Positions 10,484 through 19,943 of a stretch of DNA of 64,000 nt are shown piece after piece. The notes under the pieces are model-generated. The model was not told where the DNA came from, did no database searches, and was given only the letters and a program-made list of their open reading frames with translations. The stretch is from Longimicrobiales bacterium. Its GTDB lineage: Bacteria > Gemmatimonadota > Gemmatimonadetes > Longimicrobiales > Gaopeijiaceae. How positions within the stretch are numbered: position 1 is the first letter of the stretch; each line of letters begins with the position of its first letter. The position numbers and the translations under genes are program-made. The DNA is taken from the NCBI GenBank assembly GCA_965202985.1, contig CBDBCF010000001.1:1696001-1760000 (forward strand). The letters are read 5' to 3'.

Positions 10484-11134
10484 ATGGAAACCGCAATCAA
10501 GACCATCATCGAGTGGGGCCTGGAGCACTGGGTCATGCCCGTCTTCACAGCAATTGCAAGTGGACTGGCTTTTGCCTTCAAGAAGACAAGAGGCTTCATC
10601 TTCACAAGCGTGAAGTGGTTCGGCCCGACTCGTCGCCGCGAAAGGTTCGCCAAGCGCGTGAAGGCCGCGCTGCTCCTTGACGACGATTCTCGGGTTCCTC
10701 CGTCATCATCGGAGCCTTTGCCACCGCCGTCCCGAGAAGTGGTGATCCTCGCCAACCTTATCCATAGCATGTTGCAGTGTGTCGACATGCCGAACACAGC
10801 AAAGATGAAAGCGACGATGGCCGTGGACTACCTCGTAGAGCGGCACCATGACAACCGCCGGTCAACAACCCACAGCGTCTGGGCACCGTGGGTTGTTGAC
10901 CATGAGCTTTTCGGCCCTCTTGACAACATGGACATGTTCGTGAGCGACAACGCCTTTACGTTCCTCTTGGTTGAATCACCCGATCGACCCTGGGTTACCA
11001 TCGAAATCGCAAGGAGGCCGGACTGGCAACAGCGTGATGTTGTGGTGTGGAAAGGGATGAAGCGTCCACGAGATCCCTTCAAGGGCACGTTGGACCAAGC
11101 GTTCAAGTACTTCCAAGAAGTGCAAGCCCCATGA
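10484..11134 (+). CDS. Hypothetical protein with one N-terminal TM helix
   Basis: AGGAGA RBS, 216 aa, lower GC than the flanks. Confidence 0.7.
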   Translation: METAIKTIIEWGLEHWVMPVFTAIASGLAFAFKKTRGFIFTSVKWFGPTRRRERFAKRVKAALLLDDDSRVPPSSSEPLPPPSREVVILANLIHSMLQCVDMPNTAKMKATMAVDYLVERHHDNRRSTTHSVWAPWVVDHELFGPLDNMDMFVSDNAFTFLLVESPDRPWVTIEIARRPDWQQRDVVVWKGMKRPRDPFKGTLDQAFKYFQEVQAP

Positions 11135-11278
11135 ACGCCAAGAACCGGACCAGGCTAGGCACCGGTCGCCGAGTTGTTTCGCGAGGACCAGTGGATGGGT
11201 TCTTGGCGGCCAACGGACTCCAACGGCCGTGATGGGGCCTTCCGAGTACGATCACTGTGCCGGGTCAACAGAAACTCG

Positions 11279-14200
11279 TCAGCCCGAAGAACCACCGTCG
11301 CCAACCACTCCCGACAGGATCGTGCCGATGTAGGAGTCGCGTTCCTCTTTCTGGAAGACGACGTTTCGCTTCTTCAACCAGGACTTTTCACGGCCCCAGC
11401 GCTTCTTGACCTCCCGAGAGGACGACACGGACACGATGTAGGAGTTCAGCACCATGTTCGGGTCGCCGAGGCGTTCCTCGATCTCCTTGATCGTCTTGTG
11501 GAATTCGACCTTCTCGTTGTCCACGCCCAGCTGAACAAGCCCCTTCGGGTCGACGAAGGTGACGTACTGCCGACCGCTGGCCAGCAGCCAGAGAATGAAG
11601 TCCGGGTGGAAGTTTCCCGCCTCGAAGAAGCCGATTCCCCGGCCCCGGCTCAAGTTGCGCAGCAGGTAGAGTTCCCTGTCCTTGAAGAAGTTCGAGTTGC
11701 CTTCGCAGTACGCCTTCAAGTCTTCTACGAAGCGGCGCTCGCCCCGATTGAGCGGCGCCGGCTCCACCTCCACCACTCCTGCGCCGTCCACTGCGAGCAA
11801 CGGCGTGTAGAGGTGACGGTCGAAGGACAGCCCGTGGAGACCGAGGCCGGGGAAGGCCCAATCCTTGAGGTCGCCCCTCTCTATCGCTGCTTCCACCTTC
11901 CTCAACGTCGCGACGATATCCTCCTTCGACTTGTCGACGGCGATCCGATAGCCGTACTCGCCGCTCTTCTCACGGACCATGGGAAAGTTGGCGTCGCTGG
12001 CGGTTACTTCAGCGTACTCCAAATGGCGTCGCTCCCAGTCGTTCTTGCGGAAGGTGTAGTAGCGCTCGACGTACTTCTTGAGCAGGGCGAGCGCAATCTG
12101 GTCCCAAAGCCGAACCTTGTCGAAGGAGTCGGCGACCATCTGGGATTCGGGGATCAGCAGGCGATACCATTTGCCGTCTTCAAGCAACTCGTGGATGGCC
12201 GTGCGGGACACGGACAGGTTGTGCCAGCCACGCTCGCTTTTGAAGCGTTCCAGTTCGAAGTAGAGGCGGTCCAGGTCGAGGAAGGCGGTGTGCACTTCCT
12301 CCAGTTTGGCCTCGTGCTTCTCGGCGACGGCCTCCACGTCGGACAGCTCCTCCGACTTCATCGCCTTGATCTTCGGATACCAGTCGAGGACGACCCGTTC
12401 GTGCAGGTAGCTCCTAGCCGGATCGTCCGACGCCATGCCGCCCAGGCTTCGCAGGACCGGCATCGGGCCCAGCTTGCGGAAGGCGTCGCCCGACTCGACC
12501 CTGACGCCGTTGATGACCTTCTTGAGCCGGATCGTCTTGAGCGGCTGCCTTCCGAGGTTCTTGACCACCGGGAACCAGAAGTCCTCCTGCTCGTTGTCGA
12601 CCGACAGTCCTTCCTCGGCGAGAAAGTCCCGAAACTGCGCCATGTAGTCGGCGCGGACTCCGAAGACGTGAAGCGTCTCCAGCGTCTCGACGAAGTCGGG
12701 CCGTTTCAGCCCCTCCGGCAGCTGCGCCCGTGCGCTCCGCTTGAGGCTCATGTCGCATCCCTTGAGCCGCACGCCGCGACCGAAGAGCTGGATGATCTGC
12801 GCCCCTTCCGACTTGCCGATGTGCATCAGCCCCATCGTGCTGACTCGCCAGCTGTTCCATCCTTCGGTGAACTTGCGGGAGCCGATGAGCAGGTTCACGG
12901 TTGAGCCGGGGTTGGCCAAGTCGTGAAAGAGAGAGTCCCCGAACTCCCGCTCGGCGACGGCGAACCCGCTCTGATCGCAGAGCTTCACGAGCTTGGCGTC
13001 GTCGCCCACGTTTACCACGCCGAAGGGGTCGTTGTCGCCCACGCGCAACGCCACTTCACCGGCGGCTCCCTTGAGGTTCTCCACATGCAGCAGCCCGCCG
13101 TTCGGGGCGTTGAAAAGCACCTCCAGCGTCTCGTCGAACACCTGCTCGGCCGACAAGCCAGCATCGTGGAGGTGAGCGAAGCGCCCGGTGAAGATCTCCT
13201 GCTGTTCCGAGTTGCCCAGTCCCTCGTCCAGAATCTCCCGGATGCGGCGGATGCTTTCCGAGCGGTCGGCCACGTAGTCGGCAAGGAAGCGCAGAATCGC
13301 CACCACGTCCGACGCCTCCCGCTTGGACAGGCTCTTGGTGACGCTGCCGCCCACGAACACCCACAGCGGCCGCTCCAAGTTGAAGCGCCGTAGCGTGGAC
13401 TCCTGGTCGCGGTAGAGTCGCTGCTGCTGAAAGAACACGAGCAGGCAGGCGGTAAGGTAGCCCGCCTGCCACTCGGCGTCGCGGTCGTCCTCCAAGTTTA
13501 GAATCCGGTAGTCCTTGCCGAATCCGTCGCCGTAGAACCACTGGTAGGAGTAGTCGAACAACGTGCTGCGGGCGTACAGGTTGGCCAGTTTCGCGCGATT
13601 CGTCCCCCTGACCGCTTGCCCGAACGTGGCCGAGTACTCGAAGGAGAACCCCTTCTCGCAGAGGCGCTCCCGGAAGCGCATCCAAGCGCCGCCCTTGCTG
13701 CTCGCGGCGGTCGCGGCGCCGCGATGCCCCTCGTCGACCAGCACCAAGTTGTTCCCCTCGAAGGCGTCGACGGCGACGGTCTTGTCTCCCATGTCGTCTT
13801 TCAGCTTGGTGACTTCCAGAATATCGACGGTCTGCCCGGTGAAGAGCCCCAAGGAGGCGTTCTTGTCGAAGATGCGGGCCGGGATGCCCGCCGTCTCGAA
13901 CTCGCGCAGGTGCTGGCGCGACAGCCCCTCGTTCGGCGTCAGCAAGATGACGCGGTTGAGGTCGCGTGCGCGGCCGTGGATGTCGAGCAGCTCCAAGTAC
14001 CGAAGAAGGTGAGCGTGCATGAGGAGCGTCTTGCCGCTGCCGGTGGCCATCCAGAACGCCACCTTGTTCAGCTGCTGCCGGGCGTCGGCGGCTTCGTCCA
14101 GCGGCTCCACGCGGTCTCGCTTTCGGACGCCTTCGTTGAACTGGGCGATGTGCCCGTTCACCGCCTCCAGCGTTTGCCGAGGCCGGTTGAAGTACCAGTC

Positions 14201-14554
14201 CAGGTATATCTCCGTGAAGAGCAGCGCGAGGTACTGGAAGTACTTCCACGAGATGGGGCGCAGGCCCCGCGTGATGCGACGTTCGTTGAGGTGCCGGGTC
14301 ACCGACGTGATCGCCTGGTCGTGCGCCAGGAGCACGTCGTCCGGCAGGTTCGGTCGGCGCCCCGCCGGCAGGTGCAGACACAGCGCACGGTGGAAGCGGT
14401 GGACGTTGTCTTCGTCCAACCCTTCAAGGGACTCGTCCCGCAGGTGGCTAGCGAGGTCGTCGAAGCGGTCGACGCCCAAGAGGCCCAGAAGCCACTGGTT
14501 CAGTACCAGTCGCTTGGGGAAGAGGGCGTGCTGGCGACGGCCCACGCCAGCCAT
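11279..14554 (-). CDS. res: Type III restriction enzyme Res subunit
   Basis: FWMATGSGKT, VDEGH, QLFGRGVR and the nuclease motif PDF...VDPKG. Confidence 0.92.
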   Translation of the reverse strand: MAGVGRRQHALFPKRLVLNQWLLGLLGVDRFDDLASHLRDESLEGLDEDNVHRFHRALCLHLPAGRRPNLPDDVLLAHDQAITSVTRHLNERRITRGLRPISWKYFQYLALLFTEIYLDWYFNRPRQTLEAVNGHIAQFNEGVRKRDRVEPLDEAADARQQLNKVAFWMATGSGKTLLMHAHLLRYLELLDIHGRARDLNRVILLTPNEGLSRQHLREFETAGIPARIFDKNASLGLFTGQTVDILEVTKLKDDMGDKTVAVDAFEGNNLVLVDEGHRGAATAASSKGGAWMRFRERLCEKGFSFEYSATFGQAVRGTNRAKLANLYARSTLFDYSYQWFYGDGFGKDYRILNLEDDRDAEWQAGYLTACLLVFFQQQRLYRDQESTLRRFNLERPLWVFVGGSVTKSLSKREASDVVAILRFLADYVADRSESIRRIREILDEGLGNSEQQEIFTGRFAHLHDAGLSAEQVFDETLEVLFNAPNGGLLHVENLKGAAGEVALRVGDNDPFGVVNVGDDAKLVKLCDQSGFAVAEREFGDSLFHDLANPGSTVNLLIGSRKFTEGWNSWRVSTMGLMHIGKSEGAQIIQLFGRGVRLKGCDMSLKRSARAQLPEGLKRPDFVETLETLHVFGVRADYMAQFRDFLAEEGLSVDNEQEDFWFPVVKNLGRQPLKTIRLKKVINGVRVESGDAFRKLGPMPVLRSLGGMASDDPARSYLHERVVLDWYPKIKAMKSEELSDVEAVAEKHEAKLEEVHTAFLDLDRLYFELERFKSERGWHNLSVSRTAIHELLEDGKWYRLLIPESQMVADSFDKVRLWDQIALALLKKYVERYYTFRKNDWERRHLEYAEVTASDANFPMVREKSGEYGYRIAVDKSKEDIVATLRKVEAAIERGDLKDWAFPGLGLHGLSFDRHLYTPLLAVDGAGVVEVEPAPLNRGERRFVEDLKAYCEGNSNFFKDRELYLLRNLSRGRGIGFFEAGNFHPDFILWLLASGRQYVTFVDPKGLVQLGVDNEKVEFHKTIKEIEERLGDPNMVLNSYIVSVSSSREVKKRWGREKSWLKKRNVVFQKEERDSYIGTILSGVVGDGGSSG

Positions 14555-14598
14555 CAGCTGATGTCCGCTAGGCGGCCGACCGAACTCGCAGGGACCAG

Positions 14599-15042
14599 TT
14601 GACGGTCATCAATGACCGCCAAAGTAGTCTTGGCGGCCATGAAACGCCGCAAATGGCCGACAAGTTGATTTCGCGGCCATGCGTGACCGCCAAGACGGCT
14701 ACGCGGCCACGAAGCGTCGAAAGTGGCCGGCAAGCCAGCTTCGCGGCCATGCGTGACCGCCAAGAGCTGGAAGTGGCCATGAAACGCCGTAAGTGACTGC
14801 CGAACGAACTTCGCGGCCATCGGTGGCCACCAAGACGGCCGTGCGGTCACGAAACGCCAGAAATGACCGCAGAGCCGATTTCGCGGCCATCCATGACCGC
14901 CAAGACGGCCCAAGCGGTCACGAAGCGTCGAAAGTGGCCGGCAAGCCAGCTTCGCGGCCATGCGTGACCGCAAAGAGCCGGAAGCGGCCACGAAACGCCG
15001 CAAGCGACCGCCGAACGAACTTCGCGGCCATGCGCGACCGTC
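14599..15042. repeat. Tandem array of about six 70-bp units built from inverted GCGGYCAY/RTGRCCGC motifs
   Basis: TCGCGGCCAT at 14671, 14741, 14811, 14881, 14952 and 15022; higher-order repeat at a 211-bp offset. Confidence 0.9.
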
Positions 15043-16153
15043 AGAAGACATCCTTTCCCTCGGCAGCGTTCAGGAGGTCCGGGAACATCAGAATGGTTCC
15101 CCGGCGACCATTGGAGGGATGGAGGACGCGCAGCACGCCGTGGTCAGCCAGCTTCGCCAGGAGCCGTCGGGCCGTGCGAGCCGGGATTTCCGCGTCGGCT
15201 GAGAACCGGGCGCTGTTAAATATCGGATGTTCGAAGATCCAGTCTAGTGTTCGAATGGCGTACTGGGAGCGAGTAACGTCCGCCACCCGCCCTTTCATCT
15301 TGTCGTAGAGGTCAAGGATGTCTCTGGCCTTCGCAAGGTTCTCCTCGGCCTGGGCGTGCACCGCTTTCAAGAAGAACCGACACCACCCCGTCCATTCGTC
15401 GTCGCGCGAAACGGCGAGCAGCCCTTCGTAGTACTCGGCACGACGAGCTTCAAAGTAGGCGCTGATGTAGAACATCGGCCGGCTGATCAGCCCCTGTTCC
15501 GACAAGAACAACGGCACCAACATGCGACCAAGGCGGCCATTGCCGTCCAGGAATGGGTGAAGAGACTCGAATTCGGCGTGGAGCACGGCGAGCTGCACCA
15601 GCTTATCGGGCACTTCGGTGTGGATGTAGCGCTCCCAAGCATCCATGGCCGCCGGCAGCAGCTCAGCGCCAATGGGCACAAAGGTGGCATCCTCTACCGT
15701 ACATCCGGGCCGACCGATCCAGTTAGGAATACGCCGATACTCGCCTGGCGCCTTGCCCTCGCCCCGCACGCTCGAGAGCAGCACTCGATGCGCTTCGCGT
15801 ATGACTCGCTGGCAAAGCGGAAGCTGCTGTAGCATCTGCTCGGCCCGCCTCATGGCGTTGCGATAGTTGATCACCTCGCGGATGTCGTCTCTTCGCCTTG
15901 GAGACGCCGCCTCCTTACCGGCCTCGAATTCGAAGACCTCGCCCATGCTTGCCTCGGTACCCTCGATCTTGGACGACAGAACCGCTTCTTGCATGGTCAA
16001 CGGCGTAAGCAGGACGCGCGGACTGGGAATAGCGGCCAGCATCCCGTCGTACCTGGCCACCGCGGCCACGGCCGGACCAATCAGCGGGAGCACAGCGGAC
16101 CAGTCAATTCGATTCTCGGGCGGAAACTTTCCTTCGTGATAGTGCGTCGCCAT
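15041..16153 (-). CDS. Fic family protein
   Basis: SSKIEGT and HPFLDGNGRLGR motifs. Confidence 0.95.
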   Translation of the reverse strand: MATHYHEGKFPPENRIDWSAVLPLIGPAVAAVARYDGMLAAIPSPRVLLTPLTMQEAVLSSKIEGTEASMGEVFEFEAGKEAASPRRRDDIREVINYRNAMRRAEQMLQQLPLCQRVIREAHRVLLSSVRGEGKAPGEYRRIPNWIGRPGCTVEDATFVPIGAELLPAAMDAWERYIHTEVPDKLVQLAVLHAEFESLHPFLDGNGRLGRMLVPLFLSEQGLISRPMFYISAYFEARRAEYYEGLLAVSRDDEWTGWCRFFLKAVHAQAEENLAKARDILDLYDKMKGRVADVTRSQYAIRTLDWIFEHPIFNSARFSADAEIPARTARRLLAKLADHGVLRVLHPSNGRRGTILMFPDLLNAAEGKDVF

Positions 16154-16155
16154 GA

Positions 16156-19100
16156 TCACTGCTCCCACATCAGTCGGTGAAAGTCGTCCTCAATAAGCCT
16201 CACTGTCCATGTGTCTGTCGGCAACTTGAGGTTTTCGAGGTTGTTGCTGCCGTTGACGTAGACCAGGTCGTACGCTTCATCGTCTCGGCATGATCTCTTC
16301 AGTCTAAACCACTCAGCAAGGACGAGATTGTCCCGCTCAATCCCATCTGGCGACTCTCCGCCAGGTCGATTGCGCCAGATCACGAGTATGCGCCGACCGT
16401 CGGGTGCGGTGCCCGCCACCGTTCGAAACCACCACGGCCCTTCATCCTGTTCCGTCAGGCCGCCCTTCAAGCGCAGACGGCCCTCCCCATCTCGCTCCGT
16501 TTCGGCCTGGTAGCTTCGAGGTGCCGCTATCCGGTGTGTAACAAGCCCGATCAGCCAGTTGAACGTCTCAAGCAAGTCAACATTGAGCTCCCGGCTCTGG
16601 TCAGTACCCGGCTGTCTGACCTTGAGCCGGTAGGCAGTGGGATCCGCAAATGCCGCCACGTTCAGCAACGACCGGCTTCCCCGGACATCTACGTCTAGCA
16701 TGTACGACAGAAAATGCTCTTTCCGAAAATCAGCCAATCGACGATCTGCCAAAGGTGCAAACGTGGGCTGCTCTTCGTCGCGCTGAGGCTCTACAATGTT
16801 GTTAAGAGCATCTTCGTAGGACTCTAGGCGCAGCACCTTAACAACCTGGGGTGATCTTTCAACTTCTTCGGGCGTTGACTCCCGCTTTGGTCTACCGTCC
16901 TTCCATTCCGGTGAGTACACTACTTTCTTGATTCGCTCCAGAAGAACCGATCCAAAATGGTTTCCCATCTCGACGAGAACGAACTTCCGCTTGCCGCCGT
17001 CGTTTCTGTTCATGCATATAACGGCGTGGCCAGTGGTGCCCGCTCCGGCAAAGAAGTCGAGAACCGTCGAATGCGCATCGCAGGATGCCGCTCGAAGGCA
17101 GTCCTCGACTAGCCCAACCGCCTTCGCGAAATCGAAGCGCTTTTCCCGAAACAAGGCCTTCAACGTCTTGGCACCAAGGTTCGCGGATGCATATCGCGTG
17201 TCATCCCACCAGCTCCTGGGCATCGCTTTGGCATCCATCCGAATCTTGAAGTCTATGTCGATTCCACTTCGTCCGTTATCAACTTTTGCCGTGCTACGGC
17301 GCACTCGATAATCACCGGGTGCTGCTGCAATCCGGCCTGGACCTCGATGCCACCTCTTCTCGACTCTGACGCTATCCTGAAGCTGTATTGGCCAAACAGG
17401 CGTCTCATCTGATCGTGGCTCATTGTGAATCAGGTATTCTTGTTTCGCGGAATCCCATTCCATCACTGGAACACGTATAGAGTCATTGTCGGAGACGTAG
17501 ATTGGGAAGAATAATTTGGGTCTGTCCTCTCGCCTATCCCCAGAACCGTGGCGAACGAGGTTGTTCCATGCATACCTGCCATCCTGGTCGTTGTGTGGAT
17601 ACCGCGCAAGTTCCGAACCTGTCTTCTGCAAAGACCCGGGGACGGCATCCGAATTGCCGAAGAACAGCGCATACTCATGAACCGGCGAAAATTGGCCTTG
17701 TGATTTTCGGCCGGCAGGATTCGACCGAACAGTGGCAATGCCTAGCTCTTTATCAAAGTAGTCTTGCAGGAGCAAGCGCAGAAGCGACACTTCTTCATCG
17801 TCGATCGCCACGCATGCAGAACCGTCGGATGTCAAGAGCTCCTGCGCTAGGGATAGCCGATTGGCCATCAATGAAAGCCACGACGAGTCTTTGTAATCGT
17901 TCTTGTAGAGAATCGCCGACGCATCCGTGTTGTAAGGTGGATCGATATAAACCGTCTTGATCGTTCTGCGATATCGTGCGTGCAACAACCTCAACGCTTG
18001 CAGGTTCTCGCCATGGACCAATATGCCGTCGCACTGGTCGTCCAGTGCTCTACGATCTGACAATGCTTCCAGCAGCCGGTCCGTGAACGCGCTGTCGTAA
18101 TGCCGCGTGTCTAGAAGCAAGCTAGGGTACTCCTCAATGCCGTTCGGTTGCGAGGGGCCGTGATGCTCCAGGAATGAGGGTATAGGTCCGTTTTGCGGCG
18201 CTTCCCCTGGCGCGGAACAGCCTAGCAGCTCCCTCCACTCCCTGCGCTGGCCGTCATTCGCTACTATCTCGGCATGGAACGCTTCTGGAATGCATCCCAA
18301 GCGAATGCAGTACGACGTTTCGACCACGAACTTCTTCTTCAACCACAGGGCCTTCTGGAAGTCTTCTAGTTGCGCCAAGAAGTCGATGATCTTCGTGCCG
18401 ATACGGCGGACGACCTTGATCTTCGACAGATGTTGCTTGACCTGAAGAGCGGCTGCGTGCTCGACGTCGCCCAGACGCATGACCTCGTTGTTGACGTAGA
18501 AGTCCAGCTCGCGACGCAGGAAGCCACCCAGGTCCTTGTGGATGAAGTAGTCGAACGTGTGGCGCGCTGTGTAGCGGTTGAGATGAAGACGGAAGCGGGA
18601 ATAGTCGGCCGGGTTGCCGTCCGCCGCGATGTGTGGTTGGCCAAGCGCTTGGAGCCAGCGAGCAAACGGACGACCCTTGGTCTGTCGCAAGCGATCCTCG
18701 GCCTGGGCGAGCAGATCTGTTTGTGCAGGGGGTCTCTTCTTTTCGTTGCGCTGTTTGTCGGGCCAATCGGCAAGGGTGACCGGACGGTATTCGAAGTTGA
18801 GGACCAGCTCCTTGCCTTGCTCGCCGTCCTGCTCGGCGATGAAGTCGGTGTCTCGAAGCACAAATACGCGTTTGCCGGCCGCGGACGGCTTCAGGTTTCC
18901 GTGTTCGCCTTCCGTGGCACCCACCAGTTGGAAGCGAACGCGCATCGGATCGCTCTCGCCGGGCCGGAGCCGAAACGCGTAGTCGCGCAGGTATTCCGTG
19001 GTCTTGATGTAGTACTGGTCCGCGTTCGCCCAGTGGAGCTTGACTTCCTCGCCCTCGTACGGAATGGCGTACACGCCGGGCTTGTACACGCGCTTGCTGA

Positions 19101-19566
19101 TAAAATCCCCGTCGGAGTAGTAGCGACGGAAGAATCCGTATAGATGGTCGTAGACCTCGACTTCGAGCGCTGCTACGTCGACGGCGTGGTCGAGCCGGGC
19201 CCTGAGCTCCTTGACGGTCGTAGAGTCGTCGGGGTTCACGCCTAGGGCTTCGGCGCTTCTCAAGGCGTCGGCCAATTCTCCTTCCAGTACGGCCCTGTCC
19301 GCCGACTGGTACTGAGACAGCGCGTCGCGCACTTGCGGCAACAGGTCCTGTTCCAGGAACTTCGTGATCTCGCCGCTCTTGGCGTGCATGATGCGATAGA
19401 ACCCGAAGTCCAAGTCGGGTTGGTCGAGCTGGAAGAGCTCTTTCAGGAGGGCAACCAGCTTGTCGAACTGCGGCGTGCGGCCGTCGGTGTCCGGCAGGCG
19501 AACCCTGGCCTCCTTGCGATAGAACTTCCCGACGCTCGCCTGGGAGAAGTCGTACTCGGACTTCAT
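16156..19566 (-). CDS. mod: Type III R-M Mod (N6-adenine MTase) with an N-terminal antitoxin-like peptide
   Basis: FQLDQPDLDFGFYRIM, YIDPPYN and LDFFAGAGTT; begins MKSEYDFSQASVGKFYR. Confidence 0.92.
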   Translation of the reverse strand: MKSEYDFSQASVGKFYRKEARVRLPDTDGRTPQFDKLVALLKELFQLDQPDLDFGFYRIMHAKSGEITKFLEQDLLPQVRDALSQYQSADRAVLEGELADALRSAEALGVNPDDSTTVKELRARLDHAVDVAALEVEVYDHLYGFFRRYYSDGDFISKRVYKPGVYAIPYEGEEVKLHWANADQYYIKTTEYLRDYAFRLRPGESDPMRVRFQLVGATEGEHGNLKPSAAGKRVFVLRDTDFIAEQDGEQGKELVLNFEYRPVTLADWPDKQRNEKKRPPAQTDLLAQAEDRLRQTKGRPFARWLQALGQPHIAADGNPADYSRFRLHLNRYTARHTFDYFIHKDLGGFLRRELDFYVNNEVMRLGDVEHAAALQVKQHLSKIKVVRRIGTKIIDFLAQLEDFQKALWLKKKFVVETSYCIRLGCIPEAFHAEIVANDGQRREWRELLGCSAPGEAPQNGPIPSFLEHHGPSQPNGIEEYPSLLLDTRHYDSAFTDRLLEALSDRRALDDQCDGILVHGENLQALRLLHARYRRTIKTVYIDPPYNTDASAILYKNDYKDSSWLSLMANRLSLAQELLTSDGSACVAIDDEEVSLLRLLLQDYFDKELGIATVRSNPAGRKSQGQFSPVHEYALFFGNSDAVPGSLQKTGSELARYPHNDQDGRYAWNNLVRHGSGDRREDRPKLFFPIYVSDNDSIRVPVMEWDSAKQEYLIHNEPRSDETPVWPIQLQDSVRVEKRWHRGPGRIAAAPGDYRVRRSTAKVDNGRSGIDIDFKIRMDAKAMPRSWWDDTRYASANLGAKTLKALFREKRFDFAKAVGLVEDCLRAASCDAHSTVLDFFAGAGTTGHAVICMNRNDGGKRKFVLVEMGNHFGSVLLERIKKVVYSPEWKDGRPKRESTPEEVERSPQVVKVLRLESYEDALNNIVEPQRDEEQPTFAPLADRRLADFRKEHFLSYMLDVDVRGSRSLLNVAAFADPTAYRLKVRQPGTDQSRELNVDLLETFNWLIGLVTHRIAAPRSYQAETERDGEGRLRLKGGLTEQDEGPWWFRTVAGTAPDGRRILVIWRNRPGGESPDGIERDNLVLAEWFRLKRSCRDDEAYDLVYVNGSNNLENLKLPTDTWTVRLIEDDFHRLMWEQ

Positions 19567-19943
19567 GTCGAGGACTTCTCGTACTGCCGACGTTCGGAGG
19601 GCGTGGATCGGCGGGCAGAGATGATTCGCAAGGTGGTCTCGTCAGGGCCGGAGTCGCGTTCGGTGTGGATCACAATCAGCACTTGTCCGTCTCGTGCGCG
19701 GCCCATCGTCACCCACCTTTCCTCGTGTTCGCTGTGGTCCTCGTCGGGAATCGACAAGGCGCCGGGGTCCTGGAACACGCTGGCGGCCAAGTCGAACGCG
19801 ATGCCGTGCTTGCGGCGGTTGGCGACGGCTTTGGCAGGGTCCCAGTCGAAGCGGAGCGACCAGCTCGCGCCGACGCCGGCACGGTCGTCACAATGACCGT
19901 TCGGGGCCGTGGAGTCAAGGTTCACCACAAGCTCCCCAGTCAT
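19563..19943 (-). CDS. brnT: BrnT family ribonuclease toxin
   Basis: FDWDPAKAVANRRKHGIAF...EERWVTMG...RIISARR; start uncertain. Confidence 0.9.
   Translation of the reverse strand: MTGELVVNLDSTAPNGHCDDRAGVGASWSLRFDWDPAKAVANRRKHGIAFDLAASVFQDPGALSIPDEDHSEHEERWVTMGRARDGQVLIVIHTERDSGPDETTLRIISARRSTPSERRQYEKSST

Noticed and set aside
14599..15042. CRISPR array
   Set aside because: The inter-repeat segments are themselves repeated and related rather than unique spacers, and no cas genes are present.
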